Numbered from the stretch's first letter, positions 27,790 to 42,320 are shown. The stretch is 64,000 nt of DNA from the human T2T-CHM13v2.0 reference genome, Homo sapiens (GCF_009914755.1 NC_060931.1); one strand, 5' to 3'. Numbers and translations are program-made. The notes: a model not told the origin generated them from the letters alone.

Positions 27790-27925
27790 GTATATGAGGA
27801 AACTGAAGCTCAGGACAGTTCACCTGTTTCTTCAAGATCAAACAGCTAGTCCATGGCAAAGGAAAGGGTAGAAATAACCCAAGACTCTAAATTCCCAGAC
27901 TGATTCATCCTTGACTGTACTATGA
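27790..27925 (-). mobile_element. MIR
   Basis: atgaggaaactgaagctcag...caagatcaaacagctagt. Confidence 0.7.
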
Positions 27926-28309
27926 GATTCTTATTTGTAACAGTCAAATTGCTTTCACCTAGATTTTTCTCCAGGATTATAAACTCAATAAGTCATATCC
28001 AAATTAACTAACTTCTGCCTATTTCCTATGACCCAAGCTTTTCCCTGTATTTGTTAATTAACAATGACATATCATCTATATTTAAAACCTCAAAGTCAGC
28101 TTGAATTCATCCACCCCTACCTACAACTTCAATTACTTTCAAAATTCTGTCAGTTTTACCTTTATGGTACTTCTTAAAATATAGTTTTTTTCCATTTTAC
28201 TCTGCCCTTGACTTTGGAAATAAGTTCCTAACTGTTCTTCCTACTGCCATTAAATCCTCTCTTCTTCCAAAGTATCCTACATGATTATATAATTTTCCAA
28301 GTACTCTTT

Positions 28310-28555
28310 ATGTCTTAAATTTCTCTTTTTCGCCACAGGCCGGAGAAAACTCTCAGCTTTCAATGAGCTCATGTGACAAGGCTATGTCCATCTGGAATAA
28401 TCTCCCTTTCTTAAAGTCACGTATACTGTGTAAGATAACATAACCATGGAGTAATATCTCTTTATCTTCACATGTTTTATACAATTTAAATGGAGGGAAA
28501 TATACAAGGGCAAGAGTCAATGCCCTTGATCATCTTAGAATGGCTGTCTTCCAAA
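28310..28555 (-). mobile_element. MLT1 (F/G/H-like) LTR fragment
   Basis: gctcatgtgac...ataatctccctttcttaaagtca...catcttagaatggctgtcttcca. Confidence 0.6.
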
Positions 28556-28699
28556 CCAGAAACTGTGAATCTATTGCAAAATTAAAATAGGATAGTGACT
28601 TAGAAACAGGAAAAGAAGAAAGGCCTAGAAACAGATATAAGTATGGAGAGGAAATTAATATATTAAAACAGAACGGTTAAACTGAGTGGAAACAGAGTG

Positions 28700-28985
28700 T
28701 CTTGTTTAATAATGATGATTGACAGGCAATCTAATTTGAAAAATATGGACTATCCAAGGTACGAAGTGCTTCTTAGATATTCAAGTGAACATGTCAATGA
28801 GCCAGTTAAATATAATGAAGTTCAGGTGAGAGGTTAAGCCTAGAAATATAAATTTGAGAGCAATATACAGTTATATTGTATATTAAAACATCAAATTGAA
28901 TGATGTCGTGTAGGAAATACTGCAGCTAGAGAAGAGAAGCCTCTCTGGCATTTCCAAGTAGGTTGGAGAAAGAAGAGTTGCCCAA
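28700..28985 (-). mobile_element. L2 relic
   Basis: agatattcaagtgaacatgtcaatgagccagtt...ttcaggtgagaggttaagcctagaaatataaatttgagag. Confidence 0.6.
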
Positions 28986-31900
28986 AAAGACATTATCTGG
29001 CATTCTTTTATAAACCAAAAAATGCTATTATTAAGCATTAATCATAATATTCATATTATCAAATGGTAGATGCACTAAAGTAACTTGGCTTTATCATAGT
29101 GTGTGAGGTTGGAGATAAATTAAATATTAATTTCCTTTCAAAGAATAAAAGCAAACAGACTATCAGCCTTTCAATAAATTCACACTATCAAAATAAAAAA
29201 GTGCCAGGTCCTTCCATATTTGGCCCCTCACCTTTCTGGCCAATTGCAATTGAAGTGGAGAGCAAGGTCTATAATGAAGTTCTGAGCCCCAAGTTCTTCA
29301 ACAGTACAATTTCCATAATAATTAGTATATAATATTGTGGTGAGCATTAAACGATCTAATATCTATAGAAAGTCTTGGCACATACCCTTTCATATAGCAA
29401 ATAATAACTTACAGAAATTATCTATTATCTGTTAGATATATAGTTCTTGTCAACCTGCCAGATTTTCAGCCAGATTCATTTATTGTCTAATCATTCCCTG
29501 TTCTTTTCCAATTCTTTACCACTGTTCATGTGATTCAATTCATCAGGAATATGCTTCCCCCATTTTATGACATCTCTCAAGGGCCATGTTCTATCCCTCT
29601 TTCAAGGTCCTGTTTAAATATGTACATGTATTTTATATTATGTATACATTTTTTGTTTTGTTTAAGGAACAGATGTGGGGTTGTCCACTTTTATTTTTCT
29701 TGATAAGAATAAAATAAAAGCAGTAAAATCATCCACCATCTTCTTATCACCATCACTGCACACATGCAAACAAATATAACCTGAAGAAAAGTAGGAGATG
29801 ATCTTAGAATTTAAAAAAAGCTATGTATAAGATTTTATTAAAATCCTTAGCTTATAAGAATACCTGGGTCTCAAGGCAGTTAGGCTAATATCTTAGGTTT
29901 TTGAGTACACATTCCCATGGCCCCAAAGGACTGGGATATATATTTTCTACCTTTGTGTTTTCAGCACCTAGTACACAATATGTTGGGGGAATGGTTACTA
30001 TATATTTCCTTTCATTATGGTTGCTTAGGACTTGTGGTATTTTGGACTACAAAAGTCATGAAAACGAGACTTTTCTACTTGATTCTATCACACTTTTCTA
30101 CTTGAGTCTATCACAGTACTTGGCAAATTAGCTGACAAGCAAATACATGCTAGCCAAATTAAACTGAGACACAGTGACAATTTACGTAGCTGCAATTTAG
30201 GACTAGAATTTTATAATCCACATTAAAAATGTAAAAGACAAAGAAAAATGATAATGCTTCTATCTGGTCTGTATATGAATATCTGTGACCAAGGGCTGGT
30301 TTGTCCAAATCTGTGACTAGAATGCTTATTTCGAAAAATATAAAGAGAAAGAACAGACTCACACACACACAAAAAGTTTCTGTCTTAATAAAAAATCTTA
30401 CAAAATGCTAGGAAATAGAAAGATTCTAGAGTATAGCAAATATTCTGCATCTTCCCTTTGCCTCCTTTACCACCCAACTAAGCATGTAGCTGCTCACATT
30501 TGTCCTTAAACCATAAGATACTTCTTTATCCCTATTTATCAAGAGCATCAATATACTTCCCCAAGGCATGCAGTCCCAATGTATACTCAAATTAGGATAA
30601 GACAAGGAGAGATTTGAGAGGGGGTAGTGTCAACCAAACCATGTAGAGTCATTCTCAGGCCCATTCCTTGATCTCCAGATTTGCATTGAGGGGTGATGGT
30701 GCCAGAAATAAGTTTCAGGTCTGCTATGTTTTCTCACTGGGAAATACTTCACCCTGGCTCTTAATGAGGCTAGATATGGTACTGGATAAGTAGCACAAGC
30801 AGAGGTAAAATCTAGCATGGGAAGCATGTTTGGAGCAGAGCCCAGGCCACTGGATGGTGGAAAGGCAAGAATCAAAGGACGAGCCATGCCACTACTTTAC
30901 CTAAGTTTCACACCCATGCCTTAACCCTCAAAATATTTTTATAGTTTTAAAAAACTTCAAGTCACCTTGTTCAGTGCAAAAATATTAAAATGTTTCTCCT
31001 CTGGGGAATATTCACAGAGAAAGAGGCTGCTACCTCTGCAGTGCCCTCATTTTGAAAACAGCATTGGGCTTAGAATACATTATTCTAAACGTATATTTTA
31101 TATGATATTCTTTTTATGTAGTCCAAGGCGTTTTCTCAGAAAGTGCTATTTGCATAACCATGTTTTAGGTAGTACCTGTATTTTCCTCTAAGAGGAAGAA
31201 TATAACATGCATTTAATTATAGATAGCTTTTAAATTGAATGCATTTATGCTTACACAATATTATGATCCAAAAAATGTGAATCTAATGGACAGCAACATT
31301 TTTAAAAGCAACTTTAATACTATGGCTTTAGATTTAAAAAGCAATTGTTATTTTTAAGAACAAGAGCGCAGTTAAAATAAAGGTAAACCATTATTGCAGC
31401 TACATGTCTATAAGATAAATAATCAATTGGCAATTATAATCTATACATTATGCCATCAAATAAGTTGTTCATTAAGAAATTACTAACTGATGCTATCCCT
31501 AATCATGTTCGGTCAAGGATTGGTTCTCTCATCCAAAAATGGTCAAATCCTTTGAAGAGGAACTTTGAGGATATGGAGATTCCTTTGCAAATCTGGTTCT
31601 ACTTAAAGAAAATTTATCCACCCCATGAATGCATTTATGCTGCATGGTATTTCTGTGTAATCCTTTCTTTCTTCTAATTCATGTCCTATGAATTAAAATG
31701 AGAAGCTTTTGTACTTTAATGAATGCACAAATACAGTATCAATGTCTACTCAACAATTTTGTTTAAATTTCCCAGTGCAAAAGAAAATGGCCAAACTCAT
31801 TTCCATTGATAATTACTCAGCATGGACTCAATTAGCTCCCTCCAGTGCTTTCCCATCCTTAGTAAATGCAATAGGTTGGATAGTTCCATGTCTCTGCATA

Positions 31901-34900
31901 TCCATATTTTGTTTCTAATGCTCAGATAAGGAATAATGTGTTAAAGTTGTTATTAAGAAATCAGCTAGTCTGAAACCAGGAAATTATTAACACAAGAAGA
32001 ACAAAATCCACAATATTTTAAGAGAGATCTTCCCTCAATAGATGAGGCAAAATAATTTCCTGAATATCACAGGTAAAAAGAAAGGATTTATCCTCACTTA
32101 AAATGACAGATGGGTATTTACATACATTTTTGTGACTGGCATTATTAAGGATTTTATTAAATAAAAATTTAATACAATTTGTCTTTTTCTTTAGCATGGC
32201 TAGAAAATGTACAAAATTTAGTAGACTTTTCTTTTTCCTTTTGGTTTTCTTTCTTTCTTTCCTTTGTATAGTTTTTGGGTATTTTTTGTTTGCTTTAAAA
32301 ATAGCCCAGTTCTTCCCTCTCTGTTCTTCAGAATATTATTCTAGTCTAATATATTTAAAACATCACATTGAATCTTCTAGTCTCTCTATAGAGACCATAC
32401 CGCTAATGTCTTTTAATTTTAAAAAGATAAGCAAAATGAAGAAGGTGATATGAGAATTTAGGGTTTTGGGGTGTTTTAATGCAAAACATTGAAGAGTCTT
32501 TATAATAAGCAAATATCTGATATTTCTTGTCTATTTTCCTGGATGAAGGAGCCTTTTTGTATAATGAAGAGTAAAGAGAAATATATCTAAAGGCCAAAGC
32601 CAAACAAGCTATCTTCAAGCTCTAGTTAGCTAATTACTCGCTTAACTTAATATTCAAAGTCTTAATACATATCTATGGAGGCAAAACGAGAATTTGTAGT
32701 TCATATCTAAGAAGTCTGAAATAAAATCAGAAATTTATTCACTAAAGTAACGTTTTGGGGTTTGGAGATAACTAGCTCTGTCTTAAGTAAATCTACCCTA
32801 CCTCTGGGTTTTAATCCAAGATAAGGAGGTTACACCCTTTGTTCTCTTACAACAGAAACATTGCAGAAATATAGAACCTTTACTGAGCTACTGATCACAA
32901 GTATTTAATACATCTCTATTAAATTAGTGGTTGAAATGATATATCAATGATTTAATTATTTTATTAAATTAAATGTTGATACTTCCAATGTTTTCCATGA
33001 TCCCCCCATTTTGACCCCCACCTGGAGCATTTTCAGCAGATTCACACTGGGGAAGGGGAGGTTACTGGTCAGCTTCTAGCGTGGCACTTCAGCCAGACCC
33101 ACAAAAGTGTAGAACATCTGCAGATGGGGTTTCTAGCTCTATTTTTATAAGTTCTCAAGGTTATTATTCTGTGGAAACATTAGAGATTTGCCCTTTAAAG
33201 TATAAATATTAATCCCAGAAAATACTGTCATCATCTTTATTGTCTGAGTCATAGCAGCCAAAGATAACATAAATAAATTGGGCATTTGGCAATAACTTAT
33301 AAAATAAAAAGCACAATAACTAATTACTGTAACTGGAGTTTTATGTTATTTTTAATTAATTCTTTATGTATTTGAAAGAGAAATCTGTATAGTTGATATC
33401 AGCTCTTCATTAACTAAACATGAAATACATTTATTAATATTAATATAAAACTGTTTTCAGTGTCTATATATATATATTTACTATGTATGTATAGGCAATT
33501 ACAATCACTGAAAACTGAGTTTTTAGTTTCTGTCTATATATATGTGTGTGTATATATATATGTGAATATATATACTCTACACATGTAGTAAATAACAATA
33601 AAAGTCACTCATCATTTATCTGTTGTCATCTGGGAAAGTGTTAAATAGTCTATGTAACATTTGGAAAAATGGATTCCCCATGGGTATAGCTCAATGCCAT
33701 TGATGCTGATAACTGCTGGTTAATGTTGTCATCACTCAGGTTATTATTAAGTTTCCTGTGGCTTTAACCTGCCTAATTGTGTGAGTGGCTTGAATTTTCT
33801 AAAATCCAGTTGTTAAGGACAGTTGGTAAATAGAAGAAAGAAATTATACAACAGAGTTCATATTTATTTCGAACTAATGACTTAAAGAAAAAAATTCTGT
33901 GGTAACGTGCATCACAGTAGCTTATAAAAATTAGGCAAAACACATTAATTAATTAAATGTCCAAATATTTACAACCTACATTTACAAGGGATCAAGTCTA
34001 TTCTATAAATGTGACTTTACGTCCCTGAATAGAATAACTGTATTTAATGCAAATCATGGCTCTTTGGTTAATAGCTTTCTAAGGTTTAAATTGTATTTTA
34101 TATTAAAAGACAGCTGCTGGACATGTATCAATCACAAATGGCTTGGATAACTAAAAAATATATCATGCTGTCTAAACCCCATACTTTCTCTTTGTTCTGA
34201 TATATGTTTGTCCTACAAACTTAATGGAAAAAATATAGCTTAGAATTCGGGGTTATATATTATTTAGGGTCGTCAGCTACTGGCACTGGGAGAAACCATG
34301 AGTCTGTTACCAGGGATTACATCCAGCAAAGCATAAACCCTCTATGGAATGCCATGGATGTGGCAAACATTTACAGAAACTCTAGGTCAATTGAGGGGCA
34401 TAGTTCTTTTAAAGTCAGAGTTTTTCCAGTGTAGCTAATTACAACTAAAATATACATGTTCTTAACCCCAAAACCACATTTTCTTCGTGGGTTATCTGAG
34501 TTACAAGTATCTTCAAAACAAATTAAACTCTATGGCATTCCCTCCTGTTTTCAAAGTACCTCTCAATGACTAAGCTATGAGTTTGTTTATATGTATTTCA
34601 TGATGCCGTTTATTAGAAACAAATATAAATTGTAGTTACAGTCAGATTTTGTTTTGCAAATGGCACGTCTGTGTCCTGATCCCAGGGTTTTCTGAGGTAT
34701 ATGTTGAAGTCCGTGGGCAGTGTCTCTACAACAACAATAATCATCTTTTTTCCATTAACAAAAATACCGTAAAGAAAAAAATACAACACTGGAATTCACA
34801 TGAATATTGCTTTCTTGGTTTTCATCATATTGTCTTTCGAACTATCAAATAAAACCTACCTCAAATAACTAGAGGGAAAAACACTGTATCTCTGTCTCCT

Positions 34901-36047
34901 TTTGTTGTTTTCTTTCCTTCCTTTCACTTTCCTTCTTTCCTTTTCTTCTTTTTGGTTCTCAGAGTTAAAATAACCCTTATAATTCATATAGTCCAACTTC
35001 TTAACCTCACAGTTTGAGAAAGTGAGGCATACTTTTGAAATAATGCTTTATCTAACTGATTTAGTTATACCTTATCAAAATAATTTTTCCAGTGAGAAAA
35101 TTCCTTACCATATAGAATATACCCATATTTATATATTTCTAAGTTTTATTATTATAGCATACACTGATTTAACATCTAGTTTGGAGTTTAAAATAGCAAC
35201 AGAAAATGGTTATTTTAACTGGAATGCTCATTTGTGAATATGAAATATTTAAAATTGCTAGCAGCATGGATCAGTTGGCTTCAATTCATATTGAATTAAT
35301 GGAACCAACAAAACTATGATGTTAAAGAATTTGGAACTCAAATAGAATAGGGAATTATATTATGTTTGAATGATAAATAATATCTTTGAAGCATTCTGTT
35401 TGCTATCTGTAATAATTCTGATTATTCTATTGCACCAGATTTGGATAAATTGTTGATGTTGAACAAAGTTGTCATAAGACTTAAATAACCATAAAGATTT
35501 TTTAATTTCATTTATCTCCAATAATTCAATGAATAAAGATTTTAAAACTGTGAACATATCTCATTTGGCCTGAATCTTTCCTGTATTTATCAGTGAATTG
35601 AATTATTGTGCAGAGTAGTCTAGGAAAGTCAGGTTAGATGTTATAGTCATAACTAATGGTGAGTTATTACACACAGTGACTGGTCATCATACCCTCCCTT
35701 GGCTAAAAATGCTGGACTGGAGATTGTCATCAGGCCATTGAGATGGTCTGATTTTAAAAAGTAATTAAACTTTAATAAAATACAAATGTTTCACCCACTA
35801 TGATGACTTTTCCACCAACAGAATCTTCTCTTTTTGGTAAATTGAATTTGAGACATACAGGAAGGATTAGCAATCATTAGCAAGGTTTAATACCAAGCAG
35901 CAGTGATTGAAACAAATCCCAAACACATACACATATCCCCAAATGTTCAATTATCATTCTGAATGCCTAGAATAACAAGTGTACCTTGCCTTTTGCTTTT
36001 GATGGTAATTTTTTAAATGATGTATAATTCTGAATCTAAAGGTACCG

Positions 36048-36284
36048 GTGGTAAAAGAAAAAAATAATAATTCTAGGGAAATCTATGAGCGTCTTTTAAG
36101 CCCCAAAACCAGACCTAGTTTTCCCTTGGTAGGAACAATATTCAAGTCATAATATGCCCTTTTAGTTTGAAATAATGACTATCATCGTATTTAAATGACA
36201 GTGATTCAGGTCGTAAACTTTGACAATCCAACACACATGGTCTGGAGAGGAGGGATTAGGTCAAACATTCAAACCAGACCCGAA
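36048..36284 (+). repeat. copy A of an ~235-bp non-TE direct duplication
   Basis: about 95% identical to 37529-37762. Confidence 0.95.
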
Positions 36285-36364
36285 AGGAGGAAGATATGTT
36301 TGGTTTCAACTTTTCTTTTGTAATTCAGCAGGTTGCCAGTATTTTAAAAATCAGGGAGACTTTG

Positions 36365-36610
36365 AGTATTAGTTTGCTACAACTGCTGCAAAGAAGTACC
36401 ACAAGCTGTATAACTTAAACAACAGAAATTTATTGCTTCACAGTTTTGGAAACTAGACAGTCAAAAGAAAGAGGTTTAGAGACCAGTCATATTGGATTAG
36501 GGCCCACTTTAATAAACTTATTTTAATTTGATTTCCTCTGTAAAGATCTTGTCTCCAAATAAGGTCACAGTCTGAGGTAATGGGGACAAAGACATCAATA
36601 GGTAAACTGG
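36365..36610 (-). mobile_element. MLT1B/C-like LTR, internally deleted
   Basis: gtattagtttgctac...cttaaacaacagaaatttatt...ccagtcatattggattagggccca...tctccaaataaggtcaca. Confidence 0.8.
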
Positions 36611-36899
36611 GGGTAGTAGGTAAACAAAATATATTTCATATCATTTTGTATTAATTCTGGATTTTTAGCTAAAATTGACAAAAATCAAATGACTTGAAAA
36701 CTGTGGGCTACCATTCCTTCAAAATCTCCATCACCTTGAGCTAAATTGTGACTGCTTTCTCCTGTTTGCAGTAATTTCTATTATCTCTACATTTTGCTTA
36801 ATCTTCTAATTCCTTAATTTTTGGTGTCACCTATAAATTTAAGAATATGCAACAATCATTTAATGTCCTTCTGTTCTTTAAATAATATAAGAAAACTTA

Positions 36900-37228
<329 letters not shown>

Positions 37229-37528
37229 TACCTTCTTATTCCAATAGGTGAACAGTGCTATACTGACAACAGCTAAAACAGCTAAATTTAGTTTTTTTAC
37301 ACCTGCCTTGAGTCCAGCCATCTTCCCGTTATGTCCAAGGGACTATTGGACCGACTATGTGGTATGCTTGAACTGATCTATTATTAAATGGACAAAAGCC
37401 ATGTTTAATAGTCACTCAAAAAAATAAAATGGATCTAATAAAATTGTGGAATTCACAGGGTCAGGAATTATGGGCCCACCCTCTATGTTTGTTTGGTTTT
37501 TGACTAAATAGTAGACATGCAACAAACA

Positions 37529-37762
37529 GTGGTAAAGGAAAAAAAAAATTCTAGGGAAATCTATGAGCGTCTTTTAAGCCCCAAAACTAGACCTAGTTTT
37601 CCCTTGGTAGTAACAATATTCAAGTCATAATATGTCCTTTCAGTTTGAAGTAATGACTATCATGGTATTTAAATGACAGTGATTCAGGTCGTAAACTTTG
37701 ACAACCCAACACACATGGTCTGTAAAGTAGGGATTAGGTCAAACATTCAAACCAGACCCGAA
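37529..37762 (+). repeat. copy B of the ~235-bp direct duplication
   Basis: about 95% identical to 36048-36284. Confidence 0.95.
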
Positions 37763-37769
37763 GTCCTTA

Positions 37770-38220
37770 GCATCTGGAAAGAAAATCTATCTTCTTGATT
37801 AGAGATCACTTGTGAGTTTCCCAGGTTAGAAATTAAAACAAAACAAAACAAATGTCATGCACACATTCACCACAAAGAAGGTAGGCAAAATCTCTGAGGT
37901 GTGAAGTTGCAACACTGATCAGAGTACAGAGAGAAAAGCAGAGTAGGAAGAAGCAGGCAGGACAGGTGGAAAGAAGACAAAAACGAGCCATATCAGGGCA
38001 GAACTCAAATCCCCACTGGGTCACCAGAACTGTTGATAGAATGCAAGAGCTGTTGACTTATTTTCAACCACAATAAGCAAAGCTTCAACTCTTCCTGAGT
38101 CCTGCATGCACTGCTGATGAGACAACTTTCAGTCTCCTTTGCTCCTCAAGGTATCCTTACAATAGAGACCCATTAACTCAGAAAATTAAGCAAGTCTGAA
38201 TTCTTTGCAGCTAGAAATAA
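37770..38220 (+). mobile_element. old MLT1 (K/L/N-like) LTR relic
   Basis: gtatccttacaatag...ttaagcaagtctgaattctttgcagctagaa resembles an MLT1 3' end. Confidence 0.4.
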
Positions 38221-38535
38221 ATTAACAGATGACTTATATCTCTTCTGCATGACATTCACATCATAAATAAGTGCAGATTATGTGCTAAGTGCAACTATTA
38301 ACATTTTTCTAGCATCTACCAGTTAGATTAATATTACCTTCTCTTCATGACAAGAAATGAATATGATTCATCTCATTTCCATCTAATTATTGCCACATGC
38401 AATTGCAATAAAAATGCAATTAAATAATTTACTTAATCCTTTAGCAATTACATCTACCAAGAAATTATGCCATTGAGAAGAATAAAAATTAGGCCCAAGA
38501 TATTAAAATTACTATGTCCAAGGAAAAAACTCTAA

Positions 38536-38562
38536 ACACACACACACACACACACACACACA
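38536..38562 (+). repeat. (CA)n microsatellite
   Basis: about 13 CA units. Confidence 0.95.
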
Positions 38563-38660
38563 GGGTTACATAGCATATGATTTGGGGATTATTTTTTTTT
38601 AAGTTTTAGGCTTATTACAACATGAATATGAAACTTTTTTTTATAATATGTTACAGAGCA

Positions 38661-38865
38661 CAGGTTTGCAAACTATGGCCTGCAAGTCAAATTTGGCTCC
38701 TCTCTGTTTTTATATGACTGGTGGGATTTAAATGTTTAACATTTTTATATAACTGTATCTGAAATTATTATATAAGGACCTAAGTAATATCCTCAGTTTT
38801 GCCTTTTGGCCCTCAAAGTATAAAATACTTATCATCTGGTTGTTTACAGAAAATGTTTACCCTAG
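38661..38865 (+). mobile_element. MER58B-like hAT-Charlie MITE
   Basis: caggtttgcaaactatggcctgcaagtcaaatttggc...taaaatacttatcatctggttgtttacagaaaatgttt. Confidence 0.75.
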
Positions 38866-38895
38866 TATGGAATACACTGCATCCATTAATAAACT

Positions 38896-40669
38896 ATTTT
38901 TAATTAATACAAATTATTTTACAAATGTATGGAGTACATGTGAGTATTTATTACATGCATATGGTATGTGATGATCATGTCAGGATATTGCATCATCTTG
39001 GGAATTTGTCATTTCTATGTGTTGGCAACATTTCAAGTTCTCTCTTCTAGCTGCTTTGAAATCTATAATACACTGTTGCTAATTGTAATCACTCTACTCT
39101 GCTATCAAATATTGGGGCTTATTCTACCAGTATGTTTATACCCACTAACTAACCCCTCCCCTTTCACCCACACACCCTTCCCTCTGGTATCTTTCAATCT
39201 ATTCTCTATGAGACCAACTTTTGTTTGTTTGTTTGTTTGTTTGTTTGTTTGTTTTTTCAAACACCAAGTCGAACCAGTGAGATCAACTTTTTTTTAGCTC
39301 CCACATATGAGTGAGAACATGTGGTATCTGCCTTTCTGTGCCTAGTTTATTTCACTGAACATAATGACCTCCAATTCCACCCATATTTCTGCAAATCACA
39401 GCATTTTCTTTTTATGGCCAAATGGTATTCCATTGTGCATGTATACCACATTTTCTTTATCCATTCATCCATTGACAGGCACTTAGGTTGATTCTGTATC
39501 TCTGCTACTGGGAATAGTGTTGCAACAAACATGCCAGTTCAGGTATCCCTTTGATACACTGATTTCTTTTGGATATATACCCAGTAGTGGGATGACTGGG
39601 TTGTATAGTTCTATGTCTAGTCTTTTGAGAAATCTCCATTCTGCTTTCCATGGTGTTTGTACTAATTTACATTCCCATCGACAGTGCATAGTAGTTCTTT
39701 TTCCTCCACATCCACACCAGCATCTGTTTTTCTTTGTTTTGTCTTTTTGGTAATTACCATTCTAACTGGGGTATATTTCATCGTGATTTTCATATGCATT
39801 CTCCTAATGATCAGTAATATTGGGCATTTGTTCATATATCTGTTGGTCATTTGTATTCCTTCTTTGGAGAAATATCTATTCATGTCCTTAGCCAACATGT
39901 TAATGGGATTTTTTTAAATTGAGTTGAGTTCCTTGTATATCCTGGATATTCGTCCATTGTCATCTGAGTAGTTTGTAAATATTTTCTGCCATTCTGTAGG
40001 TTGTCTATTTACTCTGTTGATTGTTTTCTTTGCTGTGTAGAAGCTTCTAGTTTAATATAATCCAATTTGTCTATTTTTGTTATAGTTTTCTGTGCTTTTG
40101 AGGTCTTAGCCTTGAAACCTTTACCTAGCTCGATCGTCTTGGCAGCGTTACTCCTATGTTGTTTTTTTCTTTCTGGCAGTTTTATAGTTTTTGGTTTTAT
40201 ATTTAAGTCTTTAGTCCATCTTCAGTTAATTTTTGTATATAAGGAGAGATATGCATCTGGTTTCCTTCTTCTGCATGTGGATATCCAATTTTCTCAGCAC
40301 CATTTATTGAAGAAGGTGTTATTTTTCAGTGTATGTTCTTGGCTCCTTTATCAAAAAATCAGTTGGCTGTAAATACTTGGATTTATTTCTAAACTCTGTA
40401 ATCTGATCCATTGGTCTATAGTCTGTTTTTATGGCAATAGCATCCTTACTTTGGTTACTATAACTTTGTAATATATTTTGAAGTTGGGTAATGTGATGCC
40501 TCTAGCTTTGTTCTTTTTGTTCAGGGTTACTCTATTTTGGCTTTTGTTTTGAGGGGTGGTGCTCCATATGAATTTTAGAATTTTTTTCTAATGCTATGAA
40601 GAATAATATTGGTATTTTGACAAGGATGATGATACTGCCCAAAGCAATCTACAGGTTCAATGCAATTCC
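38896..40669 (-). mobile_element. 5'-truncated, 5'-inverted L1MA
   Basis: antisense 3'UTR (ttagctcccacatatgagtgagaac); ORF2 C-terminus QPKCLSMDEWIKKMWY; last ~40 bp inverted. Confidence 0.92.
39223..39277 (-). pseudogene. micro-retroposed insert: 20 nt unique sequence plus a poly(A)/(CAAA)n tail, 14-bp TSD
   Basis: TSD tgaga(c/t)caactttt at 39209-39222 and 39278-39291; minus strand reads ctggttcgacttggtgtttg-aaaaaa(caaa)n. Confidence 0.7.
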
Positions 40670-41271
40670 AAGGAAAATTGACTTGTTTTTATAAACTAAT
40701 CATTGTCATATTTTAAACTAGACTCTTAATGTTTCAAAAAACAACTAATCAATACCAAGTAATCAGCCTCTCCTTCCTTGGATTGATTTTTCACACTACA
40801 CTCATCTGGCTACACCTCACTCTCACTCCCTACTCATCACTCAGAGAGAAGATATAAAATCAGGTATAAACCACCAAGATTTTATAAAATATTATTCATG
40901 TACTATTTTATTCCACAAAACTTACTAGGACCTTTGTACTGGAAAAATAAGTTAATAAATGTGCTGTGGGTTAATGGCCAGGTTATTGGCTTGGCTACCC
41001 GTGTTGAGAGCTGTGCACTCATCCAGTAAGAAAATATTGAAAAAGCTGTAAAATAGGGTTCTAAGATAAATTAAGGTTCTTAGATACTCTTGAAGCATTG
41101 AGGTGGAAAAAGCAGGAAAATATGTAGTCTAGCAACTCAAGAGGAGTACGGCCTGGGAAATATTTCAGAATCATAAACACATACTTGGAAGTTGAAATGT
41201 ATTTAAAATTAATCAAAGAAAGATATAGTTAGAGAATGGGCATGGAATATATGGAGATCACCAACAGTTAA

Positions 41272-41722
<451 letters not shown>

Positions 41723-41822
41723 CAACAAAATATTTTTTAAAAGTGAGTGTTCATTAAGAGAAAATCTGTAATCTTAGTAGAAGAAGATAAGGACTAGTAT
41801 TTGGAAATAAAACAGCTTACAT

Positions 41823-42320
41823 TGTATCAAAGCAAAAATTGTAATAGACAAAGTTAAATAGGCAAGGAGGACTTTATTCAAAGCTACTGCAATAGGAAAG
41901 AAAGGCCATACTCAGCCTGAGCTCAACTCCACTAACACAAAGGACTAGAAAGTTTTTAAGAGCTGAGGTGTGGGGATCTTAGACAATCTATGTTTACTGA
42001 TTTGCTTTACCCAAAGAAAATGTAATTTTTTTCTCATCTTCATAATAGGGAGTAATTTAATATCTTAAAGCAAGGACTCACTGAAATTAGGCTCCTACTC
42101 TCCTACAGAAACTGAGAAACAGGTCCCCTATTTTAGATGGCTCCAAGTACCTGAGACAGATATTCTTGGACTTTAAAACTGGCAAGAAGCTTTTTAAAAG
42201 ATTAATACCTTAAAGGAGCAGAGAAAGAATGGACATTTACAAATTTTCTAAAGTAAATGCTTTAAGAAAAAGGGGAACAGGGACCTAGAATAAAGAAGAA
42301 GTTTCTCTTCCACTGAAACT
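41823..42320 (-). mobile_element. ERV1 LTR (MER31/MER67-like)
   Basis: caaagttaaataggcaaggaggactttattcaa (antisense polyA signal)...ttttctaaagtaaatgctttaag. Confidence 0.7.

Noticed and set aside
31450-31677. 75-aa ORF or possible minus-strand terminal exon
   Set aside because: The minus-strand frames stop within about 30 codons and I recognise no protein match.
33453-33515. 10-bp inverted repeat gttttcagtg/cactgaaaac around a TA-rich spacer, a possible MITE or pre-miRNA
   Set aside because: Too short and low-complexity; no TSD or family match recognised.
38869-40708. ataaacta on both sides of the L1MA as a TSD
   Set aside because: The right copy is about 30 bp from the L1 end and the match is short and AT-rich.
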